Of a stretch of 64,000 nt of DNA, positions 13,500 through 27,950 are shown one piece after another. The DNA lies in contig OZ024743.1 of assembly GCA_964016885.1 (NCBI GenBank), positions 111,414,001 to 111,478,000 on the forward strand. Direction: 5' to 3'. Source of the stretch: Eledone cirrhosa. Lineage: Eukaryota. How positions within the stretch are numbered: position 1 is the stretch's first letter; the number at the start of each line of letters is the position of its first letter. The notes below the pieces were generated by a model. That model had not been told where the DNA came from, did not search any database, and was given only the letters and a program-made list of their open reading frames with translations. Position numbers and translations under genes: made by a program.

Positions 13500-15400
13500 T
13501 CATTACCTTATCACACAGAATGGAGAATTTAGTGACTCGGGCAGGTAACACTTAAATTGCGCGAAGTGCCTAAAAACCATAATGTCTAAATGACACAAAT
13601 CATGCATGTTACACCCAAACTTTTTAAGAAGGTCCTGGAGTTTCAATGGAATTAACAGAACTGATATGAATTTCATATTACCCTCCACATTCCAAGCAAT
13701 CTTGCCCTCTTCCACTTTCAAATTGGAGAACCTTGTGATTTTTTCAAACTCTTTATTCGCAATATTCATTTCATTTCGTATGGCTACTTCAATGTTTTCA
13801 AGTTATTTGTTATTCTTGATCAATACGCCAATGCCCGGTCGCAATGTTCAATTACTCTATCGGTACATCGCAATGGCAAGAATATCAATACTTTCCCACC
13901 CCCCCTGCATTAATTTACAAAGCACATGCTCATACCTATTCTCTATTACTTCGTATTGGTATTTAAGACATAGCCTCCAATGGAGCTACATCATTTTCTC
14001 ATGGCGGTGACGGATTATTTTTGCAAAGGTTCTCATATCCACTTCACAAGTGGGTTACATTTTTTCCATCATTTTCATACATTTTGTCGTCCTTGGTGTC
14101 AGATGCTTTTAGATTATGTACTTAACATAAGTAACAAGATACTGGTGTTGTGTTGCAATCATAAGACTTTCAGTAGTCCCCTGCATATCCCCTTGCATAC
14201 GTCACGTGCATGATGTTGTTTTAATCTTGAGATCCATATTGTGTATATATCTTTCACACTGTCCATTCATTCTCATTTCCAGAATATATTCTGTTCTTTC
14301 CCGTTCAATTCTTTGGTTCACTTCTTCATTACCACCGTTTTATCTCCATTGATACTCATAACACCTGCAGCATATTGCAACAACCCTTTTTCATTGTTTA
14401 CTAAATATTCTGCTCGCGTTTTCCTTTCATTCCTGGTATAATGGTCTACACTGATGTGATCTCTGCCAACATTCTTTCGCTCATGCATTATCTCTTTGCT
14501 TTAGGGTGTAAATTCCGTACAATGTCATTAACATTATTGTCTTTCTATTCAAATTTCATATTTTAAATAAGACCACCTTAGATTAGACGCACTATATGTA
14601 ATCATTACAACTGCTGAATCTACTTGGTTTTCTGACTTTTGATAAGTTTCAGGTTATCCTTAAACATATGATAGTTCATGAATAGTTCCTTCTTTTCACA
14701 TTGTAAGCCATTTAAACTGTTCTGGGTGTTAGTGCTAAAGTTATAAGTGATACAACAACGAGTAAGCGTGAAATTGAGTTACCTCGGAATATACACATTT
14801 TAATTTCTAATTCTCCAAGGAATACATTGCTCTAGTAAAACATCGTCTTCCCCTATAGTGTACTATAAAGAATAAAATATGTGATGTCAGCAATACCAAA
14901 CATCTGTGGGCATTTAGAAATCCAAGAATGAGGCATCGTATATGCTTTCTTAAATTCAATCCAAACCAGATACATGTTGATATGATATTTTTGTTACAAT
15001 GTCTCAAAACTGTTTTATGGAAATGTCCTACTACACCCCTTTTGTAAAAGAAAATGATAAGCTTGTCCTCAAATATCGCAGTAGCTTCCATATATGTTCA
15101 ATTATTGATATAGAACAGTAGTTGCCCCACAGCATTCTCGTATATATATAATTGTAAACATGTTCCTTCTCATTACCGATCCAAGGGCAAACTGCACCTC
15201 TTTGGACACAACCATTTAATTAGTTGCCAGTCTTTTTGCAATTTTTTCAACCAAAAGGCATGGATCCCATTTACATCGGGGACATTCCAGTTTCATGCCT
15301 TGGCCAAGTGATCCTTCACTTCGACCGTGCTTAAAATTCAGTGGGGATTTGTTTTCTCTCGATTTTTCAAGTGTTTTCCTTGTTTTGTTTTTGTTACAAA
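13500..15400 (-). pseudogene. Highly decayed Dong/R4-type non-LTR retrotransposon RT
   Basis: Minus-strand remnants NWNVPDVNGIHAFWLKKL (~15245-15297), KAY.TMPHSWI (~14915-14950), NVTHL*..VDMRTFAK (~14020-14062) match R4/Dong motifs NWKAPGPDGIHNFWLKK, KAYDSVPHSWI, ISHLLYMDDLKLYAK. Confidence 0.72.
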
Positions 15401-15514
15401 CTCGTTACAGACAAAAACAGCTAACTGTATAACTGTCGTTTTTATTGCTTCTTAATGTGACCCATGTGTGGCTAATAAAGAAACCATAATTGTTATTATT
15501 AACATAAATATTAG

Positions 15515-15690
15515 GGCGGTGGATTGGCCATATCGGTAGAGAGTCGGACGCCATAACGTTGCAGCATTTACGTTTGCCTTTCATACTTGTGTGGCCGTTA
15601 AAAGAAAATACCAGTAACGTACTGTGGTCGATTTAATCGACTTTCACCTACCCCAAAATTGCTGGCCTTGTGCCTATATAAGAAACAAAA
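15515..15690 (+). mobile_element. tRNA-derived SINE (internally deleted)
   Basis: ggcggtggattggccatatcggtagag...gcctttcat...gctggccttgtgcct...agaaac. Confidence 0.8.
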
Positions 15691-15861
15691 ATAGTAGTAG
15701 CAGTAGCAGAAGTTGTAGCAGTAGCAGCAACAGCAGCAGCAGCAGCAGCAGCAGCGGTGGATGTAGAAATAGTTGTGATATGAATATCATCATTGTCAAC
15801 ATCATCATAAACGTTTTCATCATTCTTTCGTCATCATCATTATCATCATAAATGCTAAGAA

Positions 15862-16036
15862 TTGGCAGTATTGGTAGAGGGTCAGACATGCTTTCCAGCG
15901 TAGTTACGTCCCTTTACGATCTGAGTTCAAATGCCGCCGATGTTAACTTTGCCTTTCATCATTACGGGGTCGATAAAATAAAGTACCAGTAATATACTGT
16001 GTAATTGTTGGCCTTGTGCCAAAAGTAGAAACAATT
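15862..16036 (+). mobile_element. tRNA-derived SINE
   Basis: Same A/B boxes and core as 1175-1354. Confidence 0.9.
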
Positions 16037-16724
16037 AATGCTAATATTATGAGCAGCATCTTAACAACTATAACTGGAACTTCAGCTTCCACGAGACGTA
16101 TCCCTTTAATGAATGTTCCTACCGATATTTATTTTTATATACTCGCCAATCTTTCTATTATGTTTTCTTTTTTTATAATCTGTGAAAGCTTCTAGTAATA
16201 ATTGTATCAATAAGTTGTTTCAGTGTATCAGTATTAAATGTGGAAAGTTTTAAAAACTAGTCGGCGAAACGAATGTAAATAAAGGGTGATAATCCAAATG
16301 GAATTATTCGTGCATGTGTGAAGTATAAAATATTAAATAAACAAATAGAGAATTATTGATCTATCTAAGGAAAAACAAATCGTGATCGAAGGATGAGACA
16401 AATTACTGGAAAGATGGTTTCCGTATAGGAAGTGATATTTGTAAAGCAAGTATATATTTAAAAAAAAAAACAATAAGAGGAATGAATACAGAATAGATGA
16501 TTCAACAGATAAATAAATGAAAAGGCTTGCTTAATCATATATACCATACAATATATTGAAATAAAATAAATATTAAGGATATTTAATGAAAGACGTTTAC
16601 ACATCGAAAGGCGTGTAGATGCGTGTAATAAAGAATTAATGAATATCGGCAGATTGAATTAACTTGGAAAATAAATGAATGAAACTAATACACACTCACC
16701 CCCACACATATAAATACACACACA

Positions 16725-16766
<42 letters not shown>

Positions 16767-16778
16767 CACACACACACG

Positions 16779-16843
<65 letters not shown>

Positions 16844-17938
16844 TTATGAGTGCGTGTGTGTGTGTGTGTGTGTGCATACATGAGTAATCATAATAAAGAA
16901 GAATATAATATCCCAACCTGAAAATAAATGTTGGCAAATGAAGAAATATTAACGATTAAATAAAGGAAATAATAATGTATGAATAAATACAATTGATTGC
17001 TTAAAAAAAATATTTATTGGACAATAAAATTAAATAGAGAAAAGAACTGAGAATATTAAAGGAAACCAGAATGAAAAGAAATGGAAGCAAAGAATATTTT
17101 GTGAAGAATGGTACAAAAAATAATTACATGAATGAAGTGAGAATTGATTAGTGAGATGATGAATAATTGAAATATAAAATGAATGACATCGCAATAAGAA
17201 GATTATGTTTTATTTACTTGTGATGAGTAATGACGTTATGTTGAAAGTTTTTACGATGATGAAATTTGAAATTAGTAAATAACAACATGAATAATATTCA
17301 TCAGAATTTTTAACATTATTTTAAAATATATATATATTCAAGATTTTGTTAAATTAAAGATTTCGAACATAAACATTTGTTTGCCCGAGTGAATAGTGGA
17401 TTTGATGAAATACAAACGAGTGAAAGATTGAATAGTTATTTGGCAACCTCCGGATTGGTTTACATATCATCATTATCGTCATGGTAAATATGATGCATCA
17501 TCCTCATTTTGTTCAGAATGGCATTACAATCCATTCAAAAGAACCGGAACAAATACGCAAAAGTGTCCGATGACGGCGCCTTTCGCTACGTCTAGAGAGA
17601 GATTTCATATATCAAATCGAAAAGGTGGAAAATCAAAGTTGAACTTGGTATCTGTAATCAGAACGCAATATTCCGAAGTAAATACTGCAATAAATGTTGT
17701 CTAACGTTCTAATTCTTTTGTCAATTACTTAACCATTTTTCGTTCTAATTTTAGAATAACATGACATATTGAGAACATGTACAGAGGATTTAACTCAACA
17801 ATTGTACTTGATTTTCTGGACAAAACATAAAGTCTATCACTGCAGGTTTCTAATTTGCAAACTGTGCGAACTTAACACAATGCCGCTATTCATTTTTGCG
17901 TGAATGCAATATAGTTTCTACGATAACACAGCCTTAAT

Positions 17939-18003
17939 CTCCTTTAGAATAGGTATGTAAATATATCTGCTCCTTTAGAATAGGTACGTAAATATATCTG
18001 CTC
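17939..18003. repeat. 31-bp tandem duplication
   Basis: ctcctttagaataggtaYgtaaatatatctg x2. Confidence 0.9.
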
Positions 18004-18886
18004 ATCAAGTGATTTTTACTATTTGATACCAAAACCCTTGAAACTAACATTCGTTTTATGGTAAAAAAAAAAACGGTTTTATAATGTTATCATTTATCTA
18101 GAAACATTTCCAACAAAAGGTTATGTAAAACCCTTTAAGGTACGTTCTATACATCATCTAAATAACAAGAAATTTACATTACTAAATCCGAATATTTTTT
18201 TGTAAATTATAGTTAATGTCGCAGTAGCAATATTGTAACGAAATCGTTAATGCATTGAATGTAATTTTATTCAAAAAACAAAAGCAGTATATAATGTAAA
18301 AAAGAAGAAAGAATCGTTGAAGAGTTTTGGAGTGTAAAGATGTCTTAATCTAAAATATAATGACGGTTAGAAAAATACTATTAATGGAGAAGAACAAATA
18401 TAATTACGAAGCAAAACGAAAATGTAAAAATACATATGGAATATTAGGATTTGAAGCGAGAGAAGAAACAATTTAGAAGACATCAGAGAGAAATAGTATA
18501 TCAAGGAATGCCAAATGGAATAAGCTGATTAATTAATTAATGACTATGCCACTTTCAATCCCAAAGGAATGAATGAATTCTACAATATTCTCACAATATG
18601 ATTTTGAAACATACAGATGGTGGTGATATTAACAACTCAAAAATTAATTTGATTAGAATCAACTTCCTGTGCTTTAAGTTTAATCAAGTCTCATATCATT
18701 TACTATGTTTTATCCCTGGTGAATAATAATGAGGAGAGAAGTATTTTATAAATGATGTTAGTGTGTTATTTTTCCTACACTAATAAATTTAATGAGTGTA
18801 GAAATTTAATAAAAGAAACTCTCCATCTCTTTCTCTGTGTATCTATATCTACACATATGTACGATATACATGCATACACACACACA

Positions 18887-19005
<119 letters not shown>

Positions 19006-20123
19006 TGGTAGCTAAGTATATGTTATGTTTATACCATTACTTATTTGTATAGGTAAGTATATATTACCTGTATGTTTTATGAAGGTACGTATACTTTCTC
19101 TTTACGTATATTTGATTGTATATGTTATGGCGTATATATTATTTTTTCTGGTACATATGCTTTTGGTTATGTGTATACGTGAGTTTAGCGTCTGTGTGAG
19201 TATGCGGGTTCGTACGTATGTATGTTGTGTGTATATGTGTGCATCATGTTTTGGTTAACGTACGTCTCCGAACATAAGTGTATTTACATGTAGGTATGTG
19301 TGTGCGTTTGTTATATACGTATATATTTATTTATATACGTTTATTTAATTATATGTATACACGCACACACACATATATATATATATATATATTTTTATAT
19401 ATATTTTTACGTGTATTTGGTGTATACATTCGTATGCGTGCGGGTACAGGCGTTGCATTTGTTCTGTATGTGCGTGCGTTTTTTTTTTTTTTGTGTACGT
19501 GCCTATATTTGTATACCTATCGCGAGAGTTTTCGCTTATGGTTGCGTAGGTAAGTATATGGATGCGTGTATGTATTATTTAATTTCATTTACCTCTATAT
19601 TTTATTTACATTATTCTTAACTCTGAAGCCGAGAATCATTCGGTTTCCTAGTTAGAATGTTAGTCTACGACGTCAGTTATACCATTTGCGTGGTTTTGTC
19701 TTTGTGTACAATTGTTCTCCACGCTCTACATATGACGTATAATCTTCCTTTTTTTCCTTTCATTGGCAGAGAACGTCTCTATGAACAACCTACTAGAATA
19801 TTAGTCTTTTATGCAGAAATGTGGTTCAAGTTTAAAGAATATTTGATACGCTGATGATCATCACTGGATTAATCAGCTAATTTGTTGGTACTTTCGCGAC
19901 ACAAAATGGGAGGGTCTTGGTTTAATGAATATGGACAATTTCATTTCAGGCCTGTTGTGTTCGCTAGATAATGGAAGCAGTTATTGTCTTTCTAGTAATC
20001 CCCAAATTCCAAAAGTACAAGCATTTTATTTATGTATGTGGGTGTGTATGTATTTTTTTTCTTTTGTTTTGTTTCTTCCCTGTTAAATCCGAATAAGAAT
20101 AACAAAAATAGTACGAATAATGA

Positions 20124-20260
20124 TTTCTAGTATATGCTCAAGGCCAGTAATTTGGGGGGAGGGGAAAGTCGATTAAATCGACCCCAGTGCGTGACTGGTA
20201 CTTTATTTTATCGACCCCGTAACGATGAAAGGCAAAGTTAACCTCGGCGGGACTTGAACT
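20124..20260 (-). mobile_element. tRNA-derived SINE, 5'-truncated
   Basis: Reverse complement of B box, core and end. Confidence 0.85.
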
Positions 20261-20285
20261 AAAATAGTAAGAATAATAATCATTT

Positions 20286-20463
20286 TGGCAGTATCGATAG
20301 AGGGTCGGACGCCATGCTTTGCAGCATAGTTACGGCCTTCACAGTCTGAGTTCAAATCCCGGCTAGGTTAACTTTGCATTTCATCCTTCCGGGATCGATA
20401 AAATAAAGTACCAGTAATGTGCTAGGTAATTATGGCTTGTGCCTAAAGCAGAAACAATTATTA
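20286..20463 (+). mobile_element. tRNA-derived SINE
   Basis: Full A/B box, core and end. Confidence 0.9.
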
Positions 20464-20470
20464 TTACCAT

Positions 20471-20650
20471 TGGCAGTATCGGTAGAGGGTCGGACGCCAT
20501 GCTTTCCAGCATAGTTACGTCCCTTTGCAGTCTGAGTTCAAAACCTGCCGAGGTTAACTTTGCCTTTCATCCTTACGGGGTCGATAAAATAAAGTACCAG
20601 TAATGTACCGGGTTGTTGCTGTCATTGTGCCAAAAGAAGAAACAATTATT
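20471..20650 (+). mobile_element. tRNA-derived SINE (tandem with the previous copy)
   Basis: Full A/B box, core and end. Confidence 0.9.
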
Positions 20651-20735
20651 ATTACCATTAACATCATTATCATAATTGCAACTATGATAATAATGATCGA
20701 ATCAGCAAAATGAACAATAATTGTGACTCTCCACT

Positions 20736-20823
<88 letters not shown>

Positions 20824-20836
20824 ACTCACTCACTCA

Positions 20837-20867
<31 letters not shown>

Positions 20868-20886
20868 TCTCTCCATCTCTCTCTCC

Positions 20887-20930
<44 letters not shown>

Positions 20931-21141
20931 GTGGACATGGGTGTTGTGTGTTTACAGTTCAATAATATATGAATATATATATAAATATATATATATATAA
21001 TAAGTGGACGGAACTAGCATGGGTATCATTGCTAGGGCTGGTTGCATCTCAGTGTACTCAATAGGTAATGTTAAATAAACTCCCAAACCATACATGTTAT
21101 ATCTTCGATATAGCACACGTAAATGGGTAGCTTTAATTGTT

Positions 21142-21228
21142 CCCGGACTCGAATTTCGGCCACATTTAATGCAGCGATAGAGTGCACAGCAACAATGCAC
21201 AATTGGCGCATGTTACTTCATCAGCGGG
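21142..21228 (-). ncRNA. Probable type-I hammerhead with enlarged or irregular stem II
   Basis: Minus strand: cccg-CTGATGA-(~60 nt)-GAAAT-tcga-GTC-cggg; stem I cccg/cggg, palindromic TCGA loop. Confidence 0.6.
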
Positions 21229-23031
21229 TTTCGCCTAATCAATAACCAATCGATCGACAGAATTCGACACCAGTCTATGCAGCCTATGACTGTATGTGAC
21301 GGCCAACACAGTAAAACGTTTGTAACTAGAATATCTACCCGTCAGAATGCAGTCCCCTGATTGGCCACCGATTTAAAAATGTAATGGATGACAGGAGACG
21401 AAATTCAAATAGTTCCGCTCTCGCCCTACGGATCACTCAACATATCTCAAACACAAATTACAAGTTAGTGAAAATTGGTTATTAGTCTCCAGCCTCTGTA
21501 CAATAGACGGGTAGCATTCGGCTCTAGTCTCCAAGTCCCATGACGAGAAATAGTGCGATAGTAGCAATGGTTGTGCCTACAAACTTTCCGAACATTAAAT
21601 GCCAACCGGCGATTAGACAGCGATATAGAGTAGCGCGTTGTTTAGATTTTGAATTCTAGATATTCCGACCAACCACGTGCGTAAACCAGTCTATTTCACA
21701 ATTTGTTCGATTCAATAGGTGAGTGAGAGAGAAAATGTATAACACAAAACACAATAATAAATGGGATAAATTGTTCAACTTACTCTCATTGTTAATCTGC
21801 TAATTGGGAGAAAATAATAATAAGTTGACGAAACTAGAATGGACTTCAATGGTAAGACTGGTTTCATCTCAGCGTACTCGATAGGTAATGTTAAAACACC
21901 CAGAGTATACCATAGTTATTCGTTTCCATACAGCACACGTAAACATTTAGACATACATACATATTCCGAAAGAAGTTGCAGACAACGTCCCTAATTGCAG
22001 TACCCACAAAACATCCACTGACTTAGAACAGGTATTTATATGTTCTCAAGAGTGCAAGTTATGAGCCCACGGTGAAAGTAATCCAGTTAATGGTATCTGA
22101 ATTAAGTATCCATAAACAGTTCAATTCACAATTATGCAAGCAGTATTTACATTAATGTACGTCATTATTTATATACACAACCTCACACACCAATAAGTGT
22201 GTATATATCGAAACAAATCTAGATATGAAAGTTTTTATACGCACATTCACATGTGCTCTTATATGTCCATATATAACTGTCATAGTTTGTATATCAGTTT
22301 TATTGTTCCTGGTATCTTGCATCTAAGATACGGGATATATTGAAAGAAGAAGTCGATTGAGGGCGACCTCTTGGTACCTTATTTATCAGTATTTATTCTA
22401 CATAATTCCGCATGTTATAACAAATCTGTAGATGGAAATCTTTACTAGTTACATCCATACCCACATTGTTCTAAGCTCTGGCACACTATCAAGATATATA
22501 GCATTTGGTTGGATCATATTTCGCGACATGATCACTACTCTCAGCGGTAATATTACGATATCTATCGTGTGTCTGTGTATTGTCTTATCAAAATGCCAAT
22601 TTCTCTTTCTCCTGATGTATTCATCGTCATTGATTTCTTTTAAAGATACAAACATAAAACAGAAATGCACAGACAATTCCATAGGATTGATATAAACAAA
22701 CAGAACAAAACAGTGATACTAATTTATATGTGTAATGTGCTTCTGTTATTATGAATGTAGGAACAGAGTATATACAAAATCTCACCGACTTTCGCATCCT
22801 GCGCGATTAGAGAAATTTGTTGCTACATACATTATTCTTATCTGCCGGGGCGACCTATACGCGAGTATATATGGTATATTCAGACCCCTACAAACACTAC
22901 CACACGCACACACACACATACACACATACCCCCCCCCCATATATATATTTATATATATATAGAGAGAAAGGGATAGAAAGAGAGAATTAACTAAATATAT
23001 ATATGCCTTATATATATATATGAGTGTATAT

Positions 23032-23070
<39 letters not shown>

Positions 23071-23106
23071 CACGCATATATATATATACGCATATATATA
23101 TTTATT

Positions 23107-23183
<77 letters not shown>

Positions 23184-24432
23184 GTATATATGGAGTATTT
23201 GAGTCGGTGAAATACTGGTGATGATACAAAATTTAGCACTCGATACACAGACAGAGTGTATATATTAAGAAATTCGATGAAGTATCTTCTGCATATAGTT
23301 ACAACTTTTGTTGTGCATCGACATGTTACGCACGTTTCACAGAGGGTTGGCTCTGCTTCAGTTATAGAATTTATGGACAAGACACAATTATCTATCAGCC
23401 CTTCAGACTGGCGATTCATAAATTATAGATATGCAAATAGGAATCAGTAGGTAAAATGCCAGGTTAAACAATGTTCAATTTATTGCAAGCAAGATTATTT
23501 AGTATAACTATAATTTTATTCACTTACCATGTATGCGCGGGGTCCTGTTATGTCCACCATTGTATTGTAGATGATACCTTCTAATAAGGCCCTTCATTGG
23601 GCGCTAAGATAACATTACAATGGTTGGAAAAAAATAGGTGACAGTGGTACTTAGCCAGTGCTTCGTTGCGCCTAAAAAATATTTAACATTATTTAGGGGT
23701 ATTGTTCATTCTATGATTAAACCTTTTCTTCGTGGATGTACCGATTGCTATTGAATCATCAACTTGCAGCACTGCGTAATTGTACGTTACTTTATTGTTG
23801 GTGTTCAGCCCTAGGTTAAATCTGATAGTGTAGAACTATGAACAAATGCATGAACAATTGAAAGCAGAAACTGGGAGCAGGTTGTAATTGAGCAGCGGGA
23901 TGATTGCGTCGTTTTAGTTGTTGTTCAGCTCCAGGTTAACTCAAATGAAGCAGACATATGATCAAAGGCATTACTATTGTAAGCAAAGCCACAAGTAGCA
24001 GTAACATTTAATTGATATTATGTTATAGCACCAGATGTATCAGAAATGCCCTACCTAATTTTTTTTCAGACGATTGAATTTCATATGTGGGAATCATTAG
24101 TGCTACTTCTAGCTGAATTGGATTAATTCGTGGATGCTTTCCCGCGTGATTTATCATTTTGAAGAGAAAAAGAGCCACCGGGAAGACTCGAATGATTTAT
24201 CTATCACTTACCGAGTAGTCACATTAACGACATTATTACAGAACACCTCAAGAAATTTTTTTTACTAGATTTACAAGTTCATTTTAATTTGATACCTCCA
24301 GCTGACTACTTATGCTTTCTTTCATAACACCAGTGTCTTAAATATTACTCTCTCCAACGTCCAACACTACGTTACATAGAATTGTACATGCATACACACT
24401 CGCGTACACAAACAAACACACACACATGCACA

Positions 24433-24486
<54 letters not shown>

Positions 24487-24686
24487 CACACACAAACACA
24501 CACACATACACACATAGCTGTGAATGTATATAGTTCAAGATGAAAAAAGACAAACACAGAATACAGTTAGGCAAACTCGTATCAGTTTCATTGTTGTTGG
24601 GAAATGAAGAAATTATGTGTCAACGTATAGTTGGTTAGTCCTTCATCGTCAGGACTTGTGTATTAAGATTATATACACACACACAT

Positions 24687-24757
<71 letters not shown>

Positions 24758-24786
24758 TATGTATATATATATATATATATACTCAC

Positions 24787-24856
<70 letters not shown>

Positions 24857-24883
24857 ATGTGTGTGTATGTGTGTGTGTATGTA

Positions 24884-24934
<51 letters not shown>

Positions 24935-26168
24935 ATATATATCAAGCACATAGAAACCACACACTAGCTGGGAGTCATGAACGCATGTGCTTGTTTAATT
25001 ATTGTTTTAGTTTATAGTAAGGAACAAGAAAATGTACATACAATAGGCAGGAAGTGGGAGTGAAATTATGTAGAAAATGTTCAATGGCCTCGGCTTAGGT
25101 ATTCGGGAAATATGAGGAACATGTAGTCATGGATACTGGTTTATTTATTCATCTTCATTATTGCGTCTTAAGTGTATGGCCAAAGGATACAATTCTATAT
25201 CTTTGATACAGAGCGGCAGACATTATTATATCAAATTAGACACTTCACTTACAAGAGCGATATAGAAGTATTCTTTCGCTGTTCTTATATATAAATGAAA
25301 TGGGAAATAATTGGGGTTGCATTAGATCGTTGTCGTATTTATTTCCCATCGGCGTATGAAGATCTTCATTTCCAAATGTGAATCGAAACAGAGTAACCTC
25401 TTCGCATCTGTGGGATATTTCCTACTGCTATACACTAGGTCAGATTAGATATAATGAGACATCTTTTAACATTAGCGATAAAACGAATCTATGTGTTATA
25501 AAGGAAATTGTGACACACTTGACATTAGTGGTATTAATTGAACAGAAATTATTTGATAGCAAACCAGGTCGCGCACTCGCGCAATTTATCGAATCTACAG
25601 CAAGTAGCATAAGTGATGTTTTTGTTGTTTTTAACTTTATGTTCTCCTAGAGCCTCAGAATTATAGCGGGAAAAATGAAGTTATATAGCGTGCATTAATT
25701 TTGTGAGAGATAGTAAAATATACAATCGTCATGTTGAATATGAGCAGATTCGTACAGTATTGATCAGATCTATGAGGAAATGTATTTAAGTCATACGCAT
25801 CCATTTTTATTTAAACATTACATATGTTGTAGTATGTACACTATACAAAATATATTAATCATAGGTCAGATACAATTATAGAATTATTAAAGGAAAGTTT
25901 TCTGCTAAATCTAGTAGATCACACAAAACATGTATTTAATGCATGTGTTGAGAGTATAGGTAGATACAATATGAATGAGAGGATGAATGCAATAGATGGA
26001 AATGTACTCGCTATGCCATTTATAATACTTTAATACATGCATTTAAAAACCAAAGTGTACACATTTATGGCAGGGTTTTGTTAACCATATGGAGTTCAGT
26101 CGATATACACACCTAACTGCACAGAGATATATATGTATATCTCTATGTATAAATTAATACATATATAT

Positions 26169-26210
<42 letters not shown>

Positions 26211-26219
26211 TATGAGTGC

Positions 26220-26276
<57 letters not shown>

Positions 26277-26277
<1 letters not shown>

Positions 26278-26581
26278 GATATTAACAAATGGAAACTATA
26301 TTTACAAAACCATATTTATTTCATTATACATATTTCAAGGATACCAAGTTACATTATGGTATGCCTTCATCAGACAAAATACAATATATACCAGTTTTAT
26401 AAATAAACATTGACGTACCCTTGAAAGTATCCTTCAAATATGTATAATGAAATAAATATGCTTTTATAAATATAGTTTCCATTTGTGAATATCGTATATC
26501 TCCTCCAAATACTTGTCGAGTGCTTTATATAAGTTATAAAAATATTTACTTGTTATATCCCAACAATTTAAATAGAACTTT

Positions 26582-26586
<5 letters not shown>
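26277..26586 (+). mobile_element. Miniature palindromic PLE-derived element (arms ~26277-26345 and ~26427-26495, tail to ~26586) in (TA)n
   Basis: Inverted repeat, hammerhead in the left arm, one-sided tail. Confidence 0.78.
26317..26381 (-). ncRNA. Type-I hammerhead ribozyme
   Basis: Minus strand: tattttgt-CTGATGA-aggcatacca...tggtatcctt-GAAAT-atgt-ATA-atgaaata; same stem III and cleavage region as 6526-6592 with a different but paired stem II. Confidence 0.83.
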
Positions 26587-26627
<41 letters not shown>

Positions 26628-26864
26628 GGATTCTATCTCACATCTTATAGACATGTTCTTTGACGCTAGTAAAATGAGGTATCCTTTTGATAAGTCGGCA
26701 GACCTCACAAAAGCTCTATATATCTGTGATGTATTGTTTTTGATTATGCCACGAAACTACGTAGTCGAGGAATCTAGAAGCAGTTTAGGTATGATATATC
26801 TTATTACTAATTATATCTAAATGTTTCTTCTCTCTTCATAATATATATATATATATATATATAT

Positions 26865-27655
26865 AGTTATACTTGGGGAGGGTCATATTGTTGTAAAAAT
26901 ATTAACAGAATACACTCACTGTTTGTTTGGTGTTTCTCTTCTGTATCTTTTATATCTCCACAGTTAATTCATTCGGTCCTAAATGTTTACCATTGACTGA
27001 CCAACGGTCAACAATACAGATATACTATAGATATAAACACATATATATAGGCTAAAAATATTCTTTCGTTGCACATCTGCAACATTCTCACTAGTGCTAT
27101 TATATTCCTCCTGTTGTATTGTATATCTACGTCATCTTTATGTTATCTGTTTATTTATTTATTTTAGTCTTCTCTGCGCATGCGTTTGCATGTGTGCATA
27201 GTGTTTGGTGCGTGTTTGCGTTTGGGTGACTGTGTTTTCGTTATTGTATTACATCTTAGTTTACTAGTGTGTGTTTATATGTGTTTGTTGTTATTGTGCT
27301 TGTATATATATTTATTTATTTATTTATTTATTTACATTTCTCTTAAGTCAGTATTGTTTGTTTGGATGTTGTTGTTATTCCATTTATTTTTTTCTATTTA
27401 GATTTGGCCTTCTAAGTTCTATTTTACTTGTCTCTCTAATTTGCCTATCTGCTGGGTCATTTTTATGTTTAAATATTATTTTAATTCTTATGTTGTCTAT
27501 GTTACCGTCATGTGGTTGTCTGGCGTGTACTGAACCGTTTTTTCATCCTTTTAGTTCCCCCCAGTGTTGGTCTACCCTTTCTCCTATGTCTTGCGTATGT
27601 ATGTTATTTTCATGTTTCTGCAAGTAACCTCTGCAAGCAATAGACTACCTTTCTA
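26865..27655 (-). mobile_element. 5'-truncated decayed PLE (GIY-YIG C-terminus plus 3' region)
   Basis: Minus-strand translation VYC..VTCRNMKITYIRKT..ERVDQHW..VHARQPHDGN..DPADRQIRE..IELRRPNLNRKK; flanked by TA-rich tracts. Confidence 0.7.
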
Positions 27656-27689
27656 GTTTATATATCCGAATAAATATATATGTATATTA

Positions 27690-27782
<93 letters not shown>

Positions 27783-27914
27783 GTGAGGTGTTTTCAACAA
27801 AATGAAAAATAACCGAGGTGCCCTACACGAGTGAAAGTATAAGGAAAAAAGATGAAATCGAAAATGCAACTGGAGTATTTTTTTTTTAAATTATATATAT
27901 ATTTATTGGGTTCC

Positions 27915-27950
27915 TTTACCGGTTTCGCAGTTCTTCTGCTTTTCAGAAGT
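27915..27950 (-). ncRNA. Minimal hammerhead (core CTGAAAA)
   Basis: Minus strand: ctt-CTGAAAA-gcag(aagaa)ctgc-GAAAC-cg-GTA-aag. Confidence 0.6.

Noticed and set aside
27050-27097. Hammerhead-like motif (stem gttgca/tgcaac + GAAAG) in the truncated PLE
   Set aside because: CUGANGA core and stem I not recognisable; at best a decayed ribozyme
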